From: the human T2T-CHM13v2.0 reference genome, Homo sapiens
NCBI RefSeq assembly: GCF_009914755.1
Contig: NC_060927.1
Length of the DNA stretch: 64,000 nucleotides
Strand: one strand, 5' to 3'
Part shown: positions 1-13,085 of the stretch, piece after piece
Layout: each line of letters starts with the position of its first letter
Position numbering within the stretch: the stretch's first letter is position 1
The notes under the pieces: generated by a model
The model's database searches: none
Told to the model about the DNA's origin: nothing
What the model saw: only the letters and a program-made list of their open reading frames with translations
Translations under genes and position numbers: made by a program

Positions 1-1870
1 CACTTTTTTCTTGTTGTTGCTTAACCATGTACCCACTAAAGAACAAATATGATTTTTCCAGCTTTTGGCTATTATGGATAAATTTCCTAAAAATATCTGT
101 GTATACGTCTTTATGTGAACAAAACATTTAATTTATCTGGGATAAATTACCAGGAGTGCAAATGTCTAAATTATGTGGTAAGTGTGTTGATGAAGAAAAG
201 CCAAATTTTAAAATACTCAAAGAGGTTTATTCTGAGCTAAATGTTAGTGACACTGCCTCAGGAGGTCCCAAGAACATGTGCCCAAGGTGGTTGGGTTGCA
301 GCTTGTTTGCATACATTTTAGGGAGACAGAATTACAGGCAAAGACATAAATCAATACACATAAGTTATACATCAACCTGTTCTGGTAAGGAGGGACATCT
401 CAAAGTGTAGTAAAGAGATGTTTTCCAGGTCACAGGTGGATTCAAAGAGTTTCTGACTGGCAATTGGTTGAAAGATTAAGCTTTGCCTGAAGAGATGAAG
501 TCATAATAAAGAAATGCATGAGTTAAGATAAGGGGGATTGTGGAAGCCAAGAATCTTCGTACGTAGATGAAGCCTCTAAATAACAGGCTTCAAAAAGAAT
601 AGATGGTAAATGTCTCCTATCAGACTTTAAAAGATTTCAAACTCTGTGTTAAATCTCTACTGGATCAAGAAAAGAAGGTTCTCTACAAAATGCAAATTTG
701 CTTCACAAGAGACCGCTTTGGATGCCTATTCCAAAATATGTCAAATACATATATTTGGAGTAAAATGCTTTGATTTCCTTTATGGCCGGTTATCTATTAT
801 GTGATACTGTACCAGAGTCATGTTGGAATTTGGTATCTTTTTGCTACAAAGATTGTGTTTTGTCAGTCTTATCATTTCTATTTTAATGGTAATGCTGGTC
901 AGTAGTGCCTAAACTTCAAACACAGAAGGGTATGAGAAGGCACATCTGACCTCCCTTCCCAAAATGGCCTGAAGTAGTTTTTCAGGTTGTCTTTGGGATC
1001 CTCTTGGCTAAGAGGGGGGAATCTATTCAGTCAGTTGGGACATTCTAATTTTACTTTTTATTTTCAGGTGCATCTTAAGACTTTTTAAAGAAACCATTTA
1101 ACTCTTTTCTAAAGTGGCAATACAATTTTACATTACCATCACCTATGTTTGAGTGATCCAGTTTCTCTATATCCTCACTAGCATTTAGTGTTGTCAGTAA
1201 TTTTAATTTAGTCATTTGTATAGGTGTGTAGCAATATATTTTTGGGTTTTTATTTCTACTTTCTTTGGGTTTTTATTTTTAGTTTCTTAACGGTTAATGA
1301 TGTTAAAGGTAATTTCATGTACTCATGTGGCATCTGCACAGCTTCAGTGAAATATCTCTTCATGTATTTTGCTTATTTTCTATTGGATTTTGTTTTTATT
1401 TACTGTTAAAATTTTAGCACATTATTTAATCTGAATGTAGAACTTTATTGGACATGCAGTTTACAATTATTTTCTCCTGGTTTGTAACTTGTCTTTCCAT
1501 TCTCTTCACATGATCTTTCATAGAGCAAAAGTTGATGATATAAAGACCATTTTTTTTATTTCTATGGGTTGTGCTATTGTTGTCAAGTCTAAGAACATGT
1601 TGCCTCCACTTAGATACTGACAATATTCACCTACATTTTTTTCTAAAAGTTTATGGTTTTGTATTTTACATTTAAGTCACTGATGCATGTTAAGGGTTTT
1701 TTTTTTTTCTTGTTTGTTTTTGTTGTTTGCATAAGGTATGAAATAGGCTGAAGTTTGTTTTCTGTTTATTTAGTCTATGGACATCGAATTGTTCTAATAC
1801 CGCTTTTTGAAAAGGTAGTTTTTCCTTTATTAAATTGCGTTTGCATATTTGTCAAAAATTAGCAGAGCCA
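1..1870 (-). mobile_element. Old L1 (L1MC-like) 3' region, interrupted by a MER4 LTR at 185-1066
   Basis: Antisense L1 motifs (ggataaattaccaggagtg, ttttctaaagtggc...ttttacatt, tcctcactagcatttagtgttgtcag). The L1 reads through across the LTR (ggtaagtg|catcttaagac). Confidence 0.8.
185..1066 (-). mobile_element. ERV1 solo LTR, MER4 family (MER4D/E-like)
   Basis: TG...CA termini (tgttgatgaag ... ttttca). MER4 blocks gaggtttattctgagc, aacatgtgcccaaggtgg, catacattttagggag, gttggaatttggtatc. 4-bp TSD agtg/ggtg with one mismatch. Confidence 0.85.
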
Positions 1871-1879
1871 ATTTGAAAA

Positions 1880-4580
1880 TATGGAATCCATGAAAATGAA
1901 GTGAGTTTCTTGTAAAGGCGTATATGCCATTATATGCTATGTTTTTTAATCTACTCTGTCAATCTCTGACCTTTACATGGTATAGCTAGTCCATTGATAT
2001 TTAATGTAACATATCAATTGCATTAAATCATATATCCATTACATTAAATTACATTTAATGCAAATAATATATTAAGGATTAAGCCTACCTTTTTATTTTT
2101 AATGTTTTTATTTTTGGCCTTCCTGGGTGGGTTCAAACCACTATTTAATTTTTTTTTATATTTGTTATATTTTTCATTGTCTTTATTTTTCATGTTTTTT
2201 TGTGGGTTAATTGAACCTTTTTTAAAATTCCATTTGGATGTGTATATTTTGTTTTCACATATATTTCTTCATATTGTCTTTTCATTGTATGATCTAAGTA
2301 TTACTACATATATATATATATATTCCATACTATAATCTACTGTTGTCTCCATCTTACCAGATCAAATGAAGTAGAGAACCCTTATCTCCCTTTGCATTCT
2401 TTTTTATTATTTCTGCTTATAATGTAATTATCTTAAATACTTCTTCTATGAACATTTAGAATTATATCAGATAATATTACAATCTTTGTTTCAGCCATCA
2501 AACAATTTAGAGAGTTCAATAGGAGAAACACCTATTATTTTTCCCATTTTTTATCTTGTCTTATTTCTGTTTCTTCAGGCTTCAATTTTTTTTGTATTAT
2601 TTCTCTTCCGTTTATATTTTTCAACCATTCTTTTGTGGTAAGTCTTCTCACAAGATATTTTGTTGGTTTTCTTTCATTTGAGAATATCTTCATTTCCCCT
2701 TCATTCCTAAAGCATAGTTTTGTCAAATATAGAATTCATGGTTGAAATATTTTTCTTTTCATTAATTTTCTTTTCATTAATTGAAAAATATTGTGTCATT
2801 TCCTTCTGGTTTCTTTTATTTCTGATAAGAAATAGCTTTCATTTGAATTTTTCCCCTTATAGATGTCTCCCCCTCATTGGCTGCTTTCAATATTTTTTTC
2901 TGTATTTAATTTTCAGAAGTTCAATTATGATACGTCTTATCATGGATTGCCTTGTATTTTTCCTATTTGGGTTTTGTTCACCTTCTTGAATCTGTAGATT
3001 ATGGCTTTCACTAATTATATAAAGTCTTCAGCTATTATTTCAAATAGCTTTTTATTTCTGCCTTCTTTATTCTATCCTTCGGTGAACCCAGTGAAAGAAA
3101 TGTTAAATTGTTGCTCTAGCCCCACAGATCCCTGAGGTTCTGATCATGTTTTTGGAGATTTATGTTTGTTTGTTTGTTGTCATTATTATTTAACCTACTT
3201 TATCTCTATTGTTCATGTGGGTAATTTCTATTGTCTTGGTTTTTAGTTCACTAATCTTTTACTCAGCCCTACCAATTTTGTCACTGAGCACATCAACTGA
3301 GTTTATGTATTAGTTATTTCATTTTTCATTTAAAAATTTTGGTCTGATTCTTTTTCATATATTATCTTAGCGTGTTGAGAATTTATATTTCTTTGCTTCA
3401 TCTATTATTTATTATTTATTTCTTCTATATGCTTACTTATGTATTGCAACATTTTTGTCATGATTGAAAATACTTGTCAGATGACTCTAGATAACTCTAA
3501 TATTTCTGACATTTCAGTGTTATCTATTTTTTTAAAATTCAGTTCAAGGTCTTTTTGATTCTTGGTATGATGTGTAATTTTTGTTTGAAAACAGGGCAGT
3601 TTCATATCATATTATGAGACACTGAATCTATGTAAGCCTTCTCTTTTTGCTGGATTTCTCTGACACCACTCCATCATGGAAGGGGTGAGTTGCCTTGCTA
3701 CTGTCAGGTGGAAGTAGAAGTTTATGTTTCCTAGTCAGGATTTATTGACACCTGTAGAAAGGACTTCTCATTTTTGGGTGGGGATGGGAGTTCCAGATTA
3801 CCACATGTTCTACACTGACATTGTAATGAGGGTGACCTCAATATACCTGGGTGATAATTAAAATATTGACTCTTCACTAGGTGACCACTGAGGCCAGCTA
3901 AGCTGAGACAGAGAGATATGTCATTCCTGTACAGTCAGGTTGGAAGTCCAGTATCTCAGTGTTATTTCCACTGACACCATTGGTAGGAGGTGTAGCTTCA
4001 TAAACTGTCAGTGGGGTTGACTATCCCAGTGTATTATCTATTCTTCTCTGACACTAACTTAGCAGAGATTTTGGGATGCTTCATAACAGCCTCAGGAAGG
4101 TAAAAAGTTTCTCCACTTAACCTTAACTAATATGGATGGTGGTGAGGCCATAGTTTTTGTTTGTTTGTTTGTTTGGTTTTTTCCTGTGGTCTTTGATTGG
4201 AATTGAGTAGGTATTGTCTAGAAGTTTTCTGTCTTGCTGGGCTATCACTTTCTTGGTCACTGGCTAGAGAGATGTGGCTTCCCTTATTTTGTTTTTTTGT
4301 TGTTGTTATTGTTGTTGTTGTTGCTTTTTTAAAACTTGTTTTATAGTCTCTATTGGCATTTCTAGGTTACTCCTTCTTCAGCTCCAAGTCTAGAATATGT
4401 AAGGCAAAAAGAAAACACAGAAAGCTCACCATTGTGTTATTCCTTACATCTCAAGTTTTTTAGGCAGTCATTTTCTTTATCTTTCATAAGCTTCTTAAGT
4501 TGTTTTGTATGTGTAATACCCAAATATTTTGGCCATACATTGTAGACAGAATAGGAAAATAAACATCTACTCTATTTTCC
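1880..4580 (-). mobile_element. Old L1M fragments (ORF2 start, ORF1 and 5' region), antisense
   Basis: Motifs such as gtgagtttcttgtaaagg, ctttcatttgagaatatcttcatttccccttcattcctaaag, cttcttgaatctgtagatt, and repeated ctgacacc units typical of old L1 5' ends. Confidence 0.7.
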
Positions 4581-4721
4581 TGAGAGATACAAAGCAAATT
4601 CATTGTTAAGCATAATACCAAACTTTACCATATAACAGAAAATAATATATAACCATTAGAAATCAGATTAGAAATTCTTTCTGTAATCTCATGAAATTTC
4701 AAACTGATTAGAATAAAATGG

Positions 4722-6012
4722 AATTGAATCAATTCAAAATAGACTAAAGAATTAAACATAAGACCTGAAGTTGTAAAACTGCTAGAAAGAAACATAAGAG
4801 AAAAGCCCCATGATACTGGTCTTGGCAAAGCTTTTTTGCATATAACCCCAGAAGCACAATCAACAAAAGCTCAAATAGAGAAACGAAATTACATCAAACT
4901 AAGAATTTTCTGCACAGCCAAGGGAAGAAGCAGCAGAGTGAAGAGGCAACCTATAGAATGAGAGAAAATGTTTCCTAGCCAAATATCAGATAAGGAGCTA
5001 ATGTCCAAAATACATAAAGAACACAATTCAATAAAAAGAAAATAGGTAACCAGATTTTAAAGCGGTAAAATGACCTGTTTGGATATTTATCAAAAGAAGA
5101 CTAACAGACGGCCACAGTTATATGATAAGCAGTTGAACACCACTAATCATCAGGAACACGCAAATTAAAACCACAATAAAATATCACCTCACACTTGTTA
5201 AAATGGATATTATCAAAAGGATGAACTATAACAAGTGGTAGAAAAGATGTCAAGACAAGAGAAACCCTTGTACACTGTCGGTATAAATGTAAGTAACTGT
5301 AGCCATTATGAAAAAGAGTATGGAGGTTCCTCCAAAAATTAAAAATGGATCCACTGTATCATCCAGCAATCCCTCTTCTGGATATACATAAAAAGGATAT
5401 GAAATAAGTATATCAAAGAGATATTTGCACTCCCAAGTTAATTACAGTATTATTTAGAATAACCAAGATATAGAATCAACCTGTGTCCATCAAGAGATGA
5501 ATGGATAAAGAAAATGTGTTGTAGATGCCCAAGAGAATATAATTCAACCTTAAAACAGAAGAAAATCCTATAATTTCTGACAATATGGATGAACCTGAAG
5601 GGCATTTTAAGTAAAATATGCCAGGCACAGAAAGAGCAATATCACATGATCCCACTTACATATGGAATCTACAGAAGTGGAACTCATAGAAACAGAGTGT
5701 AAAACGGTGCTTTCCAAAGACCAGGGAATGAGGGTATTGTGAAAAAAATGGTCAAAATTTTAGTTAAACAGAGGAATAAGTTTGAGAAATCTATCATTAT
5801 GTCATGGTGACTACAATAAATAACAATATGTTGTATACTTCAAAATTGCTAAGAGAGTACATTTTAAGTTTTCTCACCACAAAAAATGTAAGGTAATGCA
5901 TATATTAAATAACTCACTTTAGCTATTACACAATAAATATATCAAAATATTATATTTTACACCAAAAACAGACACAATTATGACTTGTCAATTAAAACAT
6001 AAATTTAAATAA
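4722..6012 (+). mobile_element. 5'-truncated L1MA (MA8-10-like): ORF2 end plus 3'UTR
   Basis: aaacataagacctgaagttgtaaaactgctaga ... gatgaatggataaagaaaatgtg ... cttcaaaattgctaagagagta ... ttgtcaattaaaa. Confidence 0.85.
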
Positions 6013-6182
6013 TTGAGAGTATTTGAAACAGAAGATGATAAAGTTAAAACACTTAGAAAAAGGGTTAAGAAATAATTGTATTGACAGTATATAAAACATT
6101 GTGATAACTTATCTCTGTGAGTTACATCCAGTACAAAATTTTGCTTGACTTTTAGTAGAAGGCATGGTATTTAATCAAAAAT

Positions 6183-6473
6183 AGGAAGAGAGAGAGAGAG
6201 ACAGAAAGAGAGAAAGAAAAAGGAAGGAAGGAAAGGAGGGAGGGAGGGGAGGGAGGGAGGGAAAGAAAAAGAAAGAAGAAAGAGAGGAAGAAAGGAAGGA
6301 AAGAAGGAAGGAAAGAAGCAAAGAAGGAAGGAAGGGAGAGAAGAGAAAGAAAAGGAAAGAGAAAGAAAGAAAGAAATGAAAGAAAGAAGGAAAGAAAGAA
6401 AGAAAGGAAATAGAAAGAGAAAAAGAATAAGAAAAAGAAAGAAAAGGAAGAGAAAAAAGAAAGAAGCCAGAAA
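6183..6473 (+). repeat. About 290-bp polypurine (GA/GAAA/GGAA) low-complexity tract
   Basis: Almost pure A/G on the + strand. Confidence 0.95.
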
Positions 6474-6999
6474 AATTTTCCTACAAGACTATCTTCAGTC
6501 AGATACCTTCAAAACTTCCAAGTGGACATGATAGAGAGAGAATGAGACCTCTACATATCGGTTTTGAAATACAATTATTCTCTTAAATTATGTTTCTGTG
6601 ACTCATCTAAGGAATACAATTTAAGAAAGTATATATAAGAAGGTTGGTTTCATTTTTAAAGCATGACAATATAAATTATGCCCTAAAATGAGTTACAAGT
6701 TACTAGCTATAATTCACAAAAGGTTAGGCAAATGAGGCAATTTTTAGTAACTTGGAAAAGTTACTAAAGTTACTAGCTCTCTAGCTAGTACAGAGGTGAC
6801 ACTGGGCGTTAGATTCATCCCAACTAATTCAGAGCAATTTGCTCTTACTCCATGCAGTGCTCTGATGTAGATTTCAAGGACTTTAGGAAGGAAAAGCGGA
6901 CACTTCAGTTTTTTTGGACAAGGAAGGGAGGAAGGAGGACAAGTAAATTATAAATCAGATACAGGCTCAACAAGATTAAAACATAAATGCTGACCACAG

Positions 7000-8395
7000 T
7001 TAGTTTTTATTTACAAATGTATTTTAATGTTATACAAAATTAAATGCTTAGAAAAATGTATAACTAATATAGAAAACACCCATAATCCTACCACCCATAT
7101 TTAAAAAGTTTATTTCAGAAATAAATATTAAAAATACTTCTAAGGAACACTCTAATCTTTCCACATTCCAAACATTCTCCTAAATTTTTTATATGTACTT
7201 CTTGTTATGCTTTTTCTTTCTTATGCCTGAATCTATTAACTATATATGGTATTATCTTATGAGTTTTTAAGTTTTAGATTTTCTGTAACATATATATTAC
7301 TGCATATATTATTCTGAAGTATGTTTTCCCCCAAATTAAGTTTTTGAGGTTCATTTATGTTGACATGCATAGCTCTAAGTCATTCTCTTTAGCTACACTG
7401 TAGTTTTCAATTATATGATTATACCACTATTCATCTGTTCTACTAATTGATGAATGTTTGGCTTGTTCTTTATTAAAAATTTTATGTCACAATAAATTAA
7501 TATTCTTGTATAGATCTTTCTTTTTAACATGAAGAAAAGGCTCTCTTGAGTATATATGGAAAGAGAATTACTGAGCATAGAGTACATAGACTTTAACTCT
7601 TGTTGATATTTCCAAATTAAGTTCTAAAGCACTGTAACAATTCACTTTTATCAGTAAGTTTTGAGAGTTCTTGCTGATCATGATCAAAAATAATCGGCAT
7701 CATGTTATTAAAAATGTATGTAAAATATTCTAATATTGTTTTAAAAATTAATATTGTTGATTATTACAATATTTTGTACAACATCTACAAAGTTTTTGAA
7801 TGTTATATTTTTAGAGAATGTGAAGCATTCACATCTTCTGACTTAAGTTCCCATATTTAGCCTACTTTTCTATTAGTCTTCATTTTGACTTATAAATCTT
7901 ATTTATTTATTGTAATTATCTATACTAAGTTAGCCGTATGAATTGTAGTTCTCTTCCCCCAAGTTGTTAATGTTCTTACATTTTATTTGCTTAAATATTT
8001 TTCTAGTCCAATGCCATATGTGTTCTTTTATACATTTTCCGTAAATAATTTTATTTCTGTTTTGAAATAATTGAAAATACAGAAACATTAATGAAAAATT
8101 TCAGAGAACTCACAAGCCCTTAGCCCAGATGCATTTGTTGATCTCTCTTTCTCTCTCTCTCTCATACATAGTCACACACACATATATGCATACTTTAAAA
8201 CCTTCTGATCCCTTTTAGGTTAGGTTTCATTAATATATATTGTACACTTTTAGGCTAAACTCCTCTCCAAATTTTTATTATTTTGCGTTATGACCAACAA
8301 TATATAAGAGTGACTTGTCAACACAGTCTTACCAACAGAAATGACTGTCAAGCTTTTGAACCTTATGAGTGAGAAATGATATTTCAATACCGTCT
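7000..8395 (-). mobile_element. Ancient L1ME fragments, left part of the element split by the L1PA insertion
   Basis: tttttgaggttcatttatgttgacatgcatagctct ...; accaacaatatataagagtg ... gagtgagaaatgatatttca. The element resumes at 13276. Confidence 0.65.
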
Positions 8396-9498
8396 TTTTA
8401 AAGTTGTTTTAAAATTTCAACTTTTATTTTAGATTCAGGGGGTACATGTGCACATTTGCTGTATGGGTATATCGCATGATGCTGAGATTTGGGATATGAA
8501 TGTTCCCATCACCCACATAGTAAGCATAGTACCCAACAGTTAGTTTCTCAGTCCTTGTCCTCCTCCGACCCTCCTCAGTCTTGTAATCCTCAGGGTATAT
8601 TCTTGCCATCATTATGTTCATGTGTGTCCAAAGTTTATCTCTTATTTGCAAGTGACAACATGCTGAATTCGGTTTTCTGTTCCTGCATTAATTTGCTTAG
8701 GTAATGACCTGCAGCTTCATCATTGCTGCTGCAAAGGCCATGCCTGCATTGCTTTTTTTGGCTGTGTAATATTCCATGGTATATATGTACCACATTTTCT
8801 TTGTCCAGTCCACTCTTGATAGGCAACTAGGTTGTTTTCATGTTTTTGACATTGTGAGTAGTACTGAAATGAACAGAAGAGTGCATGTGTCTTTTTGGTA
8901 TAATATTTTTAAAATATATACCCAGTAATGAGATTGCCAAGTTGAACGATAGCTCTATTTTTAGTTCCTTGAGAAATCCCCAAACTTCTCCCCATAGTGT
9001 CTGAACTAATTTACATTTCCACCATTAGTGTAAAAGCATTCTCTTTATTCTGCAGCTTCCCCAAATTCAACTGTTTTTTGTCTTTTTAGTAAGAGCCACT
9101 CTGGTGTAAGATGGTATCTAATTGTGGTTTTGATTTGCACTTATCTGATGGTTAGTGATGTTCAGCATTTTGTATATGTCTGTTGGCTGCTTGTATGTCT
9201 TCTTCTCAGAAATGTCTGTTTATGTCTTTTATCCATTTTTAATTGAGTTTTTTGTCAATATTTCGGGTTTTTTTCAATTGTTTTTGAATACTTACTTAGT
9301 TATAAGCTCTTCCCCATAACCAATTGATACCCATTATGGTTTTTCCTAGTTTTTTCTCTGGATTCTTACACTTTAGGTATTTCATTTAAATCTTTAATCT
9401 ATAATGAGTTATTTTTTGTATGTGTATATGATGAAAGGTAGAAGTCGAGTTTCATCCTTCTGCATATAGCTAGCCAGCTAACCCAGCAGCATTTATTG

Positions 9499-9684
9499 AA
9501 AAAAAATTAGCCCGGCGTGGTGGTGGGCACCTGTAGTCCCAGCTACTCAGGAGGCTGAGGAAGGAGAATGGTGTGAAGACAGGAGGCAGAGCTTGCAGTG
9601 AGCTGAGATCGCGCCACTGCACTCCAGCCTAGATGACAGTGAGACTCAGTCTCAAAAAAAAAAAAAAATGAAAAGAAAAGAAAA
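9499..9684 (+). mobile_element. 5'-truncated AluY (right arm only) inserted in the L1
   Basis: aaaattagcccggcgtggtgg ... gagaatggtgtgaa ... gagcttgcagtgag (Y diagnostics) ... gtctc plus A tail. Confidence 0.9.
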
Positions 9685-10178
9685 TCCTTTCCTCATGGCT
9701 TATTTTTGTCAACTTTGTCAAAGATGAGATAGCCATTGGGGTATGTCTTTATTTCCGTGTTCTCTGTTCTGTTCCATTAGCTTACGTTTCTACTTTTGCA
9801 CCAATACTATGCTGTTTTAGTTTCTGTAGCCTTATAATATAGTTCAAAATCAGGCAATGTGATGCCTCTGGCTTTGTTCTCTTTGCTTACAATTTATTTG
9901 GCTATTTGGGCTCATTTTTTCTTCCATATGAATTTTAGAACAGTTTTTTTTTTTAATTCTGTAAAAAATGCCATTGTTAGTTTGATAGAAATAGTGTTGA
10001 AGCTGTAGATTGGTTTGGGCAGTATGGCTGTTTTAATAATATTGATTCTTTCAATCCATGAGCATGCAATGTTTTTCCATATTTTTGTGTCATCTATGAT
10101 TTCTTTCAGCAGCGTTTTGTAGCTCTTATAGAAATATGTCACCTCTTCTGTTACATATATAGCTCCTTGGTTAGGTAT

Positions 10179-10206
10179 TTGTGTGTGTGTGTGTGTGTGT
10201 GTGTGT
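10179..10206. repeat. (TG)n microsatellite
   Basis: Uninterrupted TG run. Confidence 0.95.
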
Positions 10207-10275
10207 CTTGAAAATAGCATTGCGTTCCTGATTTGGCTCTCAGCCTGAACGTTTTTGGTGTATGGAAGTGCTACA

Positions 10276-13085
10276 GGGGGGTTTTGGCAAGATGGCAACT
10301 AAGTGCAGACAAGTAGAACAGCTCTCAAGAAGAAACTGAGATGACTGTCATGCTTTCAACAGATCTTCAGAGGGAAAGTGGTGAGAGTGGAAAGAGGGAG
10401 AACACAGAAGCTGGGCTGAAGGGAGAGAAAGCTGGGAACACATTATGGGGCTATCGCACACCATGACTCATTTTGGACCACAACAACTCCAGGGTAACAG
10501 GTGAGTTGAACTGGCAAGAAGCAACCCATTCTCACCACAGGCCTCTGGAACCCCAGCAGGAGGGAACTCCTCAACCACCACAGATACTCAAGGTGGCAGG
10601 GAGAGCTGCTTAGGAAGTGGTAAGGGCGGCAAGCCAACTGAGGTGGGCCCCAGAAGGTTTAGAGAGGGAGCATCGGTAGTGAAGCATGGCTAGAGGGATG
10701 GCTCAACTTGATCCCATAAGAGAGCCCTAGGGAATCTGTCGAGCCTGACCTCTGCAGAGTGGTTTACATCATCAGACTAGGCTTGTCCAACCTGAGCACC
10801 CCTTGATCTGCTGGCCCCAGCCTAGCCATATCTACTTGCAGGGCACTCTTGGGTGTCCTGGGGCCTGCACCATAGCTTCTCTGCCAGTGAACTTCACCTT
10901 ACTGGTGGAGAGCTCTAACAAGGCAGCCCCTATGGCCACACATCATCCCATATGTTCCCTTCCCATACTGCAGCTTCTCCAAGGCCCACAGCAGCTCCCC
11001 ATATTGCTATAGTGGTGCTTGTCTGCACAGGCAGGTTTTGCTTTACTTGTCCCTCCAGCATGTGGGAGTGAAGTCTGCTCCCCTTCCCCTGCCAAGCCCC
11101 ATTGCAGAGGGATCCTTGGAGGACACAGAGCCAGCAAGCCCCACCCCTGCAAGCACCTCACCCTTCTACTAACACTGCCCAGAAAACAGCAGATCCTTTC
11201 ACACCCTGAGCGATTACTTCTGCTTTCTGGAAACAGAGATGGCACTCAGCCCTGTGTCTGCCAGCACTCTGCCCCCAAGTCAACAACACCTCCAAAGCAA
11301 CCACTCACATAGTCTCCAGCAATAGACCCCTGCCCCCTCCAGCTGTGTTGCCTCCACCACTGTGGTGAGTGCCCTCAGAAAGGGAGGTACTCTGGCATCC
11401 AGTATCACATTGCTGCAGCTGCTGCACCTCAGGCCCCCCAGTGCAGTGGATAACAAACCACAAGGAGCCAGAGACTAAAGCCGGGGCCCAGTACAAGTCC
11501 CCCAGAATTATAGTATGCAGTCCAGGAGTTGGGAGCTGAGTTTGACCCACTAAAATCTCCCAGAAATGAAGCTGGTTGGCTAAATCCACCTTACACCACA
11601 GTCAAACACTCAAGATCATCAAATAGGATTTAAAAAAAAACAAAACCATCCAAAGATCAGCCGCCTCAAAGATTGAAGGCAGATAAGCCCACGAAGATGA
11701 GAAAGATTCAATGCAAGAACACTGAAAACTCAAAAGGTCAGTGTTCCTTCTTTCCTCCAAATGACCACAACACCTCTCCAGCAAGGGTTCTGAACCAGGC
11801 TGAGATGGCTGAAATGACAGAAATATTATTCAGAATCTGAATAGAAATGAAAATCATTGAGCTAAGGAAGTACCTTGAAACCCAATTCATGGAAGCTGAA
11901 AATCACAATAAAACAATGCAGGAGTTGACAGATGAAATAGCCAGTATAGAAAAGAATGTAACCAACCTGACATAGCTGAAAAATCACCCCAGAAGACTTT
12001 CATAATGCAATCACAAGTATTAACAGAACAGACATAGTGGAAGAAAGAATCTCAGAGTTTGAAAACTGGCTTTCTGAAATAAGAGAGGCAGACAAACATA
12101 GAAAAAAATGAAAAGGAATGAAGCAAACCTCAGAAAAATATAGGATTATGTAAAGAGACTGAATCCACAACTGATTGTTGTCCTTGAATGAGATGGGGAG
12201 AATGGAACGCATATTTCAGGATATCATCCATGAGAACTTCCCCAACCTATCTAGAGAGGCCAACACTCATATTCAAGTAATTCAGAGAACCCCAGTAAGA
12301 TAATTTACAAGAAGATTATCCTCCGAGACACACAAATATCAGATTCTCCAAGGTCAAAATGAAAGAAAAAAATTTAAAGGTAGCTTGAGAGAAAGGGCAA
12401 GTCACTTACAAAGGGAAGTCCATCAAATTAACAGCAGACCTCTCAGCTGAAATCCTGCAAGCCAAAAAAGACTGGGGGACAGTATTGGACATACTTAAAG
12501 AAAATAATTTCCAATCCAGAATTTCATATCTGGTGAAACTAAACTTCATAAATAAAGGAAAAATAAGATCATTTTAAAGAAGCAAATGCTGAAGGAATTT
12601 GTAACCACCAGACCTGCCATACAAGAGCTCCTACAGGAAGCACTAAATGTGGAAAGGCAAGACTGTTAACACCCACTACAAAAACAAACTGAAGCACATA
12701 GATAAATGACACTATAAAGCAACCACATTAACAAGTCTGCAAAATAACCAGCTGACATCATTATGACTGGATCAAATCCACACATATCAATACCAACCTT
12801 AAATGCATATGGGCTAAATGCCCCAATTAAAGGACAGAGTGGCAATCTGTATAAAGAACCGAGACCCACTGGTATGCTGTCTTGCAAGAGACCCATCTCA
12901 TATGCATTACACACATTGGCTCAAAATAAACGGATGAAGAAAAATCTATTAAGCAAACAGAAAACAGAAAAAAGCAGGAGTTGCACTCTTAGTATCTGAG
13001 AAAACAGAAGTTAAGCCAACCAAGATCAAAAAGACAAAGAAAAGCATTACATAATAGTAAAGAGTTCAACAAGAAGTTCTAACTA
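10276..13085 (+). mobile_element. L1PA15/16-like 5' end: 5'UTR, decayed ORF1 (about 11697-12747), start of ORF2 (12763)
   Basis: Begins gggggg...caagatggc (L1 5' terminus with YY1 core), followed by a GC-rich UTR. ORF1 motifs gagaacttccccaaccta, acagcagacctctcagc, ccagaatttcatatc. ORF2 N-terminus MTGSNPHISIPTLNAYGLNAPIK. Multiple stops and frameshifts. Confidence 0.92.

Larger units (their letters stand above)
8396..10274 (-). mobile_element. L1PA15/16-like 3' portion (ORF2 C-terminal half, 3'UTR, A tail)
   Basis: tttcaacttttattttagattcagggggtacatgtgca 3' end. ORF 9912-10298 contains L1 ORF2 peptide YKTLLKEIIDDTKIWKNIACSWIERINIIKTAILPK. Confidence 0.9.

Noticed and set aside
10443-11784. Cluster of GC-rich ORFs on both strands that looks gene-like
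   Set aside because: They lie in the L1 5'UTR and ORF1 start. Higher GC lowers stop-codon frequency, and there is no recognisable protein.
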